NCBI GenBank assembly: GCA_047150005.1
Contig: AP038806.1
Location: forward strand, 3,840,001 to 3,904,000
Direction of reading: 5' to 3'
DNA: 64,000 nucleotides
Source: Nitrospira sp.
GTDB taxonomy: Bacteria > Nitrospirota > Nitrospiria > Nitrospirales > Nitrospiraceae
Shown: positions 57,516 through 64,000 of the stretch, piece by piece
How the letters are laid out: the number at the start of each line of letters is the position of its first letter
Position numbering within the stretch: position 1 is the stretch's first letter
Notes under the pieces: model-generated
The model's input: only the letters and a program-made list of their open reading frames with translations
What the model was told of the DNA's origin: nothing
The model's database searches: none
Translations under genes and position numbers: made by a program

Positions 57516-58454
57516 TCAATGTCCTTGCTTCTGGATCATCGGGTCAATTTCCTTCTTCGCTTCCTCGGTCACGCTGTACCGCACATACTCGTGATCCAAC
57601 ACCTCATTGGCGTAGAGCCGGCCGGTCGGAGCCGGTACTGCCAGCTTCACCGTTGAGGTTCCCTTGGGGTCTACGGTGACCGTCTGCTCGGTCGCGGTCC
57701 GGACATAGGGATGCCAGACCACCAGTTTGTACGTGCCGGCCGGCACATCGGTAATCGTGAAACGGCCATGATCGTCGGTCTTGGCAAAATAGGGATTGCT
57801 CACGGCAAGCCCCCAACTTTCCATGTACGCATGGAAGCCGCACTGCATCACGAAGATTCGACGGCCCTTGCTGAGTTTGACCAGTTCTTTCATCGGCGCG
57901 CCGGCTATGTGACGGTGATAGAGGGCCGCTTCGCTGCGGTCTTTGAAGTTACGCGGATGTTGGGGATTCATCGGCAGCGGCAGATTGAAGAGCACACGCG
58001 CCCCCAAGTGTGACGTTTCATAGGCCTGAATGTCGTGCATCACCGGATCCATGTTGACGACCGTCACAGACTGATCGTCACGGACGACGCTGGTAAAGGG
58101 CAGAAACCGGCAATCCCTCGCTTCGATTTGCGGGATGCCTCCCTCCTCGAAGGGCTTGCCTTGTCCGACGCCCTCCAAATAGACGACGACATCCCGAAAC
58201 TCGGCGGTCAGGCCGACGTCGAACGGCTGAAGAATCCGCCACCCCTGCCCGTCTGAGATGCGCCCGCAATAGAACGGGTCCGGCAAAGTTGTGAGATTGT
58301 AGCCCTTTGGCTTTGGAACCGCCCCATCGAGCGTCACAGTCCCTGTAATGGTTCCCCCGTCCTGAACCGTGATCGCTTCATACGAGGCCGTGGCGGGCGA
58401 AGCCAGATACGTCGTCACCGCCAGAATTATGTTGAGTGTGTACCAGTGGATCAT
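57516..58454 (-). CDS. Secreted carboxypeptidase-regulatory-like/cupredoxin-like protein
   Basis: Signal peptide; GGTITGTV.L.G; N.DPVMHDI; CGFHAYM; NPYFAKTD..G.F.I.DVPAGTYKL..WHP. Confidence 0.8.
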   Translation of the reverse strand: MIHWYTLNIILAVTTYLASPATASYEAITVQDGGTITGTVTLDGAVPKPKGYNLTTLPDPFYCGRISDGQGWRILQPFDVGLTAEFRDVVVYLEGVGQGKPFEEGGIPQIEARDCRFLPFTSVVRDDQSVTVVNMDPVMHDIQAYETSHLGARVLFNLPLPMNPQHPRNFKDRSEAALYHRHIAGAPMKELVKLSKGRRIFVMQCGFHAYMESWGLAVSNPYFAKTDDHGRFTITDVPAGTYKLVVWHPYVRTATEQTVTVDPKGTSTVKLAVPAPTGRLYANEVLDHEYVRYSVTEEAKKEIDPMIQKQGH

Positions 58455-58547
58455 TGTTCCTTCCTCCTTTCACCTCAATCCGTGAAGAATCGCGTCCGCT
58501 CCGATGGATGCGATCGAGAATGCTCCTCTCAACCTGCCGGCACATGC

Positions 58548-58784
58548 TCATAACGGAGACTGCAACGGACGTCCCGTTTTCGCCAGACAGCGGGCGATCC
58601 CTTCACGTGCCTGAAGACTATTGGGGTCGGCAGCCAGCACCGTCTTCCAATGGATGAGCGCGTCCTCATGCTGATTCAAGCGCTCGAGCAATGAGGCGAG
58701 TTCGCAGCGCGTGCTCCCATCCGTCGGGCAGGCGGTCAGGGTTTGTTGCAATACCGAAAGTCGATTGATCCATTCGGTCGACAT
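58548..58784 (-). CDS. Small TPR protein
   Basis: CPTD..TRCELA.LLE.L....DAL.HWK.VLA.DPNSLQAREG. Confidence 0.7.
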   Translation of the reverse strand: MSTEWINRLSVLQQTLTACPTDGSTRCELASLLERLNQHEDALIHWKTVLAADPNSLQAREGIARCLAKTGRPLQSPL

Positions 58785-58816
58785 GAGATTCCACACGACT
58801 CGTTTCCACATCGCAG

Positions 58817-58833
58817 TGCAGGGATGATGCCGG
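58817..58833 (-). promoter_or_regulatory. Sigma54-type promoter of the TPR/cupredoxin/Ehr operon
   Basis: Minus strand CCGGCATCATCCCTGCA (GG-N10-GC), about 33 bp upstream of the TPR start. Confidence 0.6.
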
Positions 58834-58903
58834 AAATAGAGGAAGTCGAAAGGCAGGAAACTGCGAAAAAGGCGGTCCCTAAAACAGGCTGCGCGGGTGG
58901 TTC

Positions 58904-58959
58904 CTGCAAGAATTGCAGATTCTTCCACTTCCAAGGGAATCGGCCTGCAAAATTTGCAG
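58904..58959. promoter_or_regulatory. Two palindromic enhancer-like sites CTGCAA-N3-TTGCAG
   Basis: CTGCAAGAATTGCAG 58904-58918 and CTGCAAAATTTGCAG 58945-58959, offset by 41 bp. Confidence 0.7.
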
Positions 58960-58996
58960 ACCGATTGGACCCGTCACCCTCTTCGCGCCGCGCACC

Positions 58997-60352
58997 TTAC
59001 TCACGGATGCCGTAGTCCTTGATCTTATACTGAAGCGCGCGGAGGCTGATTCCCAGAAGCTTGGCGGCCTTCTCACGGTGATTGACGACTTCGGCCAAGG
59101 TTCGGCGGATGACTTCCCGTTCGATGTCCTCGAGCGAGGTGCCCAGCGTCACGACCATGGTCCTCGTATCTTCCCGGCTGACCTGAATCTCCTCCGGCAA
59201 GTGCTCCGGCCGGATCACCGGATCCTTGACCGTAATGACCAGCCGTTCCATCAAATTTCTCAATTGACGGATGTTACCGGGCCACGCATAGAGCCTCATC
59301 AACCGCATCGCGTCACGGGAAATCTCTTTGATCTCCCGGTGGTGCTGCGCGGAGAACTCCCGAAGAAAGCGCTCAGCCAGAAGCGGGATATCGTCGCCGC
59401 GTTCGCGAAGCGGAGGCAGACGGATCGGAACGACGTTCAGGCGGTAGTACAAGTCTTCCCGAAAGTCGCCTAGCTTGACGGCTTCTTCCAGATTTCGGTT
59501 CGTGGCCGCGACGATGCGGGCGTCGACCGTAATCACCTTCGTGCCGCCCAGCCGCCGGAATTCCTTCGTCTCCAGCACACGAAGAAAATCGACCTGCGAC
59601 TTCAGCGACAACTCCCCCACCTCATCGAGCAGGAGGGTGCCGCCGTCCGCCAATTCGAAGCGCCCGACCTTCGTCGCCGTCGCGCCGGTGAAGGCGCCTT
59701 TTTCAAAACCAAAGAGCTCGCTTTCGAATAGATTTTCCGGAAGCGCCCCGCAGTTCAACGTCACGAAGGGTCCGGATCTGGCGCTTTTGTGATGGATGGC
59801 CCTGGCCACCAGCTCCTTGCCGGTGCCGCTCTCTCCCGTCAACAGGACGGTCACGCCGCTGTCGGCGACCATCTCGACCAGGCTGTATACGCGCTGCAAG
59901 GGCTCACTTTCGCCGGCCATCTGATCGAAGCGCACCCTGGTTTCGAGACGGTCCCGCAACTGCTTGTTCTCGCTCGCCAGAGCCCGTCGCTCCAAGGCCT
60001 TGGCGACGACCAGCGGGAACCGCTCGCGGTCGATGGGCTTCGTCAGGTAGTCGTAGGCTCCAGCCCGCATCGCTTCCACCGCCGTATCGATGGAACCGTA
60101 AGCGGTCATGACCACAACTTCGGTGTCCGGCCGCGAAGCCTTCAAGCGGCGGATGAATTCGATGCCTCCCATGCCCGGCATTTTCAGATCGGTAATGGCC
60201 AATTCCGCGCCCTGACGGGTCAGCTCCTCCAAGGCCTCTTCCCCCGCCGCCGCCCCGCGGACGTCATACCCCAGCTTCGAGAGAACGGTCACCAGCGCAC
60301 TACGAATGTTGACCTCGTCATCCACCACCATGATTCGCGCACGATCGGTCAT
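58997..60352 (-). CDS. Sigma54-dependent response regulator (NtrC/AtoC family)
   Basis: Receiver VVDDE/TDLKMPG; GESGTGKE, GAFTGA, LLDEVGE, FREDLYYRL; C-terminal Fis HTH. Confidence 0.95.
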   Translation of the reverse strand: MTDRARIMVVDDEVNIRSALVTVLSKLGYDVRGAAAGEEALEELTRQGAELAITDLKMPGMGGIEFIRRLKASRPDTEVVVMTAYGSIDTAVEAMRAGAYDYLTKPIDRERFPLVVAKALERRALASENKQLRDRLETRVRFDQMAGESEPLQRVYSLVEMVADSGVTVLLTGESGTGKELVARAIHHKSARSGPFVTLNCGALPENLFESELFGFEKGAFTGATATKVGRFELADGGTLLLDEVGELSLKSQVDFLRVLETKEFRRLGGTKVITVDARIVAATNRNLEEAVKLGDFREDLYYRLNVVPIRLPPLRERGDDIPLLAERFLREFSAQHHREIKEISRDAMRLMRLYAWPGNIRQLRNLMERLVITVKDPVIRPEHLPEEIQVSREDTRTMVVTLGTSLEDIEREVIRRTLAEVVNHREKAAKLLGISLRALQYKIKDYGIRE

Positions 60353-61746
60353 GCTGTTACCGTCACACGGCGCGATAGCCCCGTCATCGCTTGAAACCTC
60401 AACAGAACCGTGGTTCCTCTCCCATACTCGCTCGAGACCTGAATCGTCCCGCCGTGGTCTTGCATGATCCGGTAGGCGATCGCAAGACCCAGTCCTGTCC
60501 CTTCCGCTTTCGTCGTATAGAACGGCTCGAACAAGCGAGCCAAGTCTCCCTTCCTGATGCCGCTGCCGGTATCGACGATGGTAATTTCCACCCACTCCCT
60601 GCCACCTTCGTGGCGACGGCGGGCTTCAACACGGCATCGACCGCCGTTCGACATGGCATGGAAGGAGTTGGCCATCACGTTCACCAGGACCTGACTGATC
60701 TGAGTTTCATCCCCGAGCACGGGAGGCAGTCCATCCTCCGTCAGATGCTCCAGCCGGATGTGTCGCTCGTCCGCTTCAAAGTGCATCAGCGAGATGATGT
60801 ACTTGATGACCGATGGCACATCCACTTCACGCAATCCCAGCGAGCCGGGGCCGGCAAACTTCATGAATGTGTCAAGAATGGCCGACATGCGGCGACACTC
60901 TGCGTTCAGAATCCTGAGATAGTGCTCCGCCTGTTCCGGCGGCCCGATCCGTCTGCCCAGTTCGTCCTCCAACAGATGCAGGTTGAGATCCACGGCGCTC
61001 AATGGATTGCGCAACTCGTGGGCCACACCGGCGGACAGGGTATGCAGTGCCGATAATTTTTCGGCGACGCGCACCCGCTGTTCCAACGCCAGCCACTCCG
61101 TCACATCCTGTGCTTGTAAAATGATGCCGGCAGGCCGGCCGTCGTCGCCGGTCAGTTCGGCCGTCGTCACCCGGATCGTACGCGTCGCCCGGCCCTGCCC
61201 CTGATACGGCAGATCCTGTTGGCGCACGTGCTCTTGCTTTCGCAAAGCCGTACCCAGCACGTCGCGAATCACATCGCCCCGCGCAAAAACCGAGTCGTAC
61301 GCTTGCCCCAGCAGATCCGACGAGGAACGTGTCAGGACGGCCGCGGCCGCGGGATTCACGGCGGTGATGACTCCGCTCTGATTGAGGGTCAGGATGCCGG
61401 TCGGGATGCTCTCTAGAATATTGCGGGCTAACCCTTTGACCGCTTCCAGCGTGCGTCGCGTGCTGTCGTAATGCAGAAATCCGATGATGGCGCCGATGCT
61501 TCCCGCGGCCGCGACGAACACTAGCAAGGCCACCAACACCAAGTCGCGGCGCGATTGCCAGAGCGCGGCGAAACGCTCCGCAGGAACCGACTCGTCCTTG
61601 GAAAAATCCTGCAACAGCCTCTGGTCTTGCTGCAGGCTGAACAGCAACAGGAAGGACAACACCAGCGCGAGGGCCAAAAAGACCGCGGCCATCGCCCACA
61701 ACGGTACCCCGCGGAATCGCGCCGTGACGGGAACCGGTCTAAACAT
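60349..61746 (-). CDS. Membrane PAS sensor histidine kinase
   Basis: Two TM helices with a short periplasmic loop, PAS, AHELRNPL, QVLVNV..N, DTGSGI, FEPFYTTK..GTGLGL. Confidence 0.93.
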   Translation of the reverse strand: MFRPVPVTARFRGVPLWAMAAVFLALALVLSFLLLFSLQQDQRLLQDFSKDESVPAERFAALWQSRRDLVLVALLVFVAAAGSIGAIIGFLHYDSTRRTLEAVKGLARNILESIPTGILTLNQSGVITAVNPAAAAVLTRSSSDLLGQAYDSVFARGDVIRDVLGTALRKQEHVRQQDLPYQGQGRATRTIRVTTAELTGDDGRPAGIILQAQDVTEWLALEQRVRVAEKLSALHTLSAGVAHELRNPLSAVDLNLHLLEDELGRRIGPPEQAEHYLRILNAECRRMSAILDTFMKFAGPGSLGLREVDVPSVIKYIISLMHFEADERHIRLEHLTEDGLPPVLGDETQISQVLVNVMANSFHAMSNGGRCRVEARRRHEGGREWVEITIVDTGSGIRKGDLARLFEPFYTTKAEGTGLGLAIAYRIMQDHGGTIQVSSEYGRGTTVLLRFQAMTGLSRRVTVTA

Positions 61747-61896
61747 GGAGGCGCCACAGAACCAGGCTCATGATCGATTTCATGCTAGCACGCACGCCAC
61801 CCTCTGTACACACGACCGGTCCGGACCGCCCCTCCACGCATGCGCGCGGACGAATCAGGCGGGGTGACTTATGCCTCCCGCGCAACAATCACCATC

Positions 61897-61960
61897 TCCC
61901 CCGCTCCCCCGCTCCCCCGCTCCCCCGCTCCCCCGCTCCCCCGCTCCCCCGCTCCCCCGC
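61897..61960. repeat. Perfect tandem repeat (TCCCCCGC)x8
   Basis: Eight exact 8-bp units counted. Confidence 0.95.
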
Positions 61961-61962
61961 AT

Positions 61963-61991
61963 TTGACTTCCTCCGCGTTTCTCATTACCGT
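61963..61991 (+). promoter_or_regulatory. Sigma70-type promoter of the Sel1 gene
   Basis: TTGACT-N17-TACCGT. Confidence 0.45.
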
Positions 61992-62001
61992 GACGAGCAC
62001 C

Positions 62002-62517
62002 ATGACCCGCTTGCGATTCGGTACCGTCCTGGTCGTGATATGTTGGTTCGCCTCGACCTTGCTTCTAAACGCCTGCCAAGACCGCCGCGCCGACAAGGCC
62101 TATCTCAAAGGGAATTACGACAAGAGCGCCAAAGAACTGGAATCGCTCGCCAATCTCGGCGATCCCCGGGCTCAATACAACTTGGGGCTTCTGTACGATC
62201 AGGGCTTAGGGGTTCCGCAGAGCGACGCTTTGGCATTGAGGTGGTATACCCAGGCCGCCGAGCGCGGGGAACCGCGCGCGCAATACAATCTCGGCATCAT
62301 GTATATGAACGGGCAAGGGACGACACCGGATCCGGTTCAGGCTTATTATTGGTTTAGTCTGGCGGTCGCCCAAGGAGAGAGCAAGGCCGCTGATGCACGT
62401 GACTATGTCATGGAACAGATGAGTCCCGGGCAAATCAGCCAGGGGCAGCAGATGGTCATGACTCGCTTACAGGCACAGACCGGTGGTCAGCAACGGCGCT
62501 CCGCCCCTCCCCCATGA
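62002..62517 (+). CDS. Sel1-repeat lipoprotein
   Basis: Lipobox LNAC; AQYNLG.LY..G.GV.Q....A..WY..AA..G repeats. Confidence 0.88.
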   Translation: MTRLRFGTVLVVICWFASTLLLNACQDRRADKAYLKGNYDKSAKELESLANLGDPRAQYNLGLLYDQGLGVPQSDALALRWYTQAAERGEPRAQYNLGIMYMNGQGTTPDPVQAYYWFSLAVAQGESKAADARDYVMEQMSPGQISQGQQMVMTRLQAQTGGQQRRSAPPP

Positions 62518-62524
62518 GACGCTA

Positions 62525-62546
62525 TGAAACGTAATATTACGTTTCA
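62525..62546. other. Perfect 22-bp palindrome
   Basis: TGAAACGTAAT|ATTACGTTTCA between convergent genes. Confidence 0.9.
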
Positions 62547-62586
62547 ATGAAATCTCTTGGAGATGAGACATCCAGCTTTACTTGAA

Positions 62587-63540
62587 CTATTGAACCTCTT
62601 CGTGTAGACCGGGTCCTGCATGATCGGCCGCATGGTAGGAACTGCGCACCAGCGGTCCGGATTCCACGTGACGAAAGCCTAGAATCAGCGCCTCCGTCTT
62701 CAGGGCGTCGAAGAGAGCCGGTTCGTAAAACCGGGCCACCGGTATGTGCTGCTTGGTCGGCTGCAGATACTGTCCGATCGTCAGAATGTCGCATCCGCTG
62801 CTTCGCACATCACGCATGACCTGACGGACTTCGTCGAGCGTCTCCCCCATGCCCACGATCAGGCCTGACTTTGTCGTCATGCCCTGCTCCTTCGATCGGC
62901 GAAGCACCTCAATCGATCGTCCATATTTCCCCTGTGGCCTGATGGCAGGAAACAGCCGAGCGACCGTTTCGATATTGTGATTGAGGATATCTGGCCTCGC
63001 GGCGCACACTTGGCCCAATGCCGCCTCATCGCCCCCGAAGTCGGGAATCAACACCTCGATCGTGCAGCCGGGGTTGAGCCGTCTGGTCTCCCGGATGGTC
63101 CGCGCAAAGACAGCCGCTCCCCCGTCTGTCAGCTCGTCACGATTGACAGACGTCACCACCACGTGGCGAAGACCCAGTGCCCGGACGGCTTCAGCCACAC
63201 GACCCGGCTCCTCCAAATCAAGCGGCAACGGCTTGCCGGTCTGCACCGAGCAGTAGTGACACCGTCTGGTACAGATATCCCCCAGGATCAGAAACGTAGC
63301 AGTCCGTGCATTCCAACATTCCCATCGATTGGGACAGCGAGCCTCTTCGCAGATCGTGTGCAGCTCCAGCCGCTCCATCACCTGCTTGATGTCCAGGTAG
63401 TCGGAACCGGTCCGAGCCTGCACCCTGAACCACGGAGGCAGTCTTGGCCGCGACGTGTCCCCGGAGGGTGTTGAATCACCGCTCCGCCCCCTGGATCGGG
63501 AGTCAGGTCTGGCGATCTGGTCGACCGGGATCAAGTCCAT
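62587..63540 (-). CDS. lipA: Lipoyl synthase
   Basis: CEEARCPNRWEC, CTRRCHYC, NHNIETV, GQYLQP, GPLVRSSYHA. Confidence 0.97.
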   Translation of the reverse strand: MDLIPVDQIARPDSRSRGRSGDSTPSGDTSRPRLPPWFRVQARTGSDYLDIKQVMERLELHTICEEARCPNRWECWNARTATFLILGDICTRRCHYCSVQTGKPLPLDLEEPGRVAEAVRALGLRHVVVTSVNRDELTDGGAAVFARTIRETRRLNPGCTIEVLIPDFGGDEAALGQVCAARPDILNHNIETVARLFPAIRPQGKYGRSIEVLRRSKEQGMTTKSGLIVGMGETLDEVRQVMRDVRSSGCDILTIGQYLQPTKQHIPVARFYEPALFDALKTEALILGFRHVESGPLVRSSYHAADHAGPGLHEEVQ

Positions 63541-63546
63541 GGATGT

Positions 63547-63912
63547 TCAGTTGCGAGAGGTGTGAGTACGAAACCAACCGGTCACCAAGGCCAGCCATCC
63601 TCCGGAAGAGGCCGATGCCTGGGGTGGATCAGGATACTCGATCCAGGGCTCCTGCGAGCCTAGATACAGCTCGCCGCGAAAGATCAACTGGCTTTTCAGC
63701 TGGCGATAACCGCGAGACTGGAGCAAGTCCGCCAATGCCGGCAATATCGCGTCCCGAACCGGACACCAGTCGGTCGAGATACGGAGGCCTTCATACTGCA
63801 AGTGCGCCCGATAGCCCGGATCAGCCTGCTCCAATTCCACCGGGCGACTGAAACCCCGCTCACGTTCGTCCAGGCCGGCCAGCTGATGTTTCTCGATCCA
63901 GTTCTTCGGCAT
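63547..63912 (-). CDS. Conserved hypothetical protein
   Basis: MPKNWIEKH...DERERGFSRP...YLGSQEPWIEYPD; directly upstream of lipA. Confidence 0.65.
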   Translation of the reverse strand: MPKNWIEKHQLAGLDERERGFSRPVELEQADPGYRAHLQYEGLRISTDWCPVRDAILPALADLLQSRGYRQLKSQLIFRGELYLGSQEPWIEYPDPPQASASSGGWLALVTGWFRTHTSRN

Positions 63913-64000
63913 CGGTCCCTGATGCCCTCCCGGTGCGGGAGTCACAGCCGGTCGCCTGAATGCCTCACTCGAGGGCCCGAAACACGGCGACCAAATCGCT

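Noticed and set aside
61897..61960. CRISPR array or coding Pro-rich repeat
   Set aside because: No spacers or cas genes; the Sel1 gene more plausibly starts at 62002 with a signal peptide. No CRISPR array was seen anywhere in the window
50127..62546. Ehr cluster as a Xer-integrated element at dif
   Set aside because: No second dif-like site and no mobility genes found

Overview
This is a GC-rich bacterial chromosomal window, most likely Nitrospira/Nitrospirota. That is an inference from the DUF3015-type and carboxypeptidase-regulatory-type secreted proteins, a bacterial topoisomerase VI and many sigma54 elements. The window appears to span the replication terminus: a clear dif site lies at 49838-49865, KOPS-like octamers (GGGNAGGG) point toward it from both sides, and gene orientation switches there. 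Housekeeping genes include lgt, radA, tsaB, rimI, tatC, a cyclophilin, purH, purD, tsaC, an aspartate aminotransferase, coaD, rsmD, radC, an EF-G paralogue, degP and lipA. RNA genes are a 6S RNA and tRNA-Leu(TAA). DNA-transaction genes are top6B/top6A and addB/addA. The most interesting items are: (1) a nickel-less hydrogenase-4-like (Ehr) operon led by a TPR protein and a periplasmic protein with an amicyanin-like type-1 copper motif, behind a sigma54 promoter with twin palindromic enhancer sites and next to a PAS kinase/sigma54 activator pair; (2) a Top6B with a C-terminal beta-clamp-like QMPLF motif; (3) an IS30 element inserted in a REP hairpin that supplies its stop codon; and (4) unexplained DNA signals, namely a DnaA-box cluster, a perfect 22-bp palindrome and a (TCCCCCGC)8 repeat. 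All calls were made by eye from motifs; no searches were run, and start codons are best estimates.
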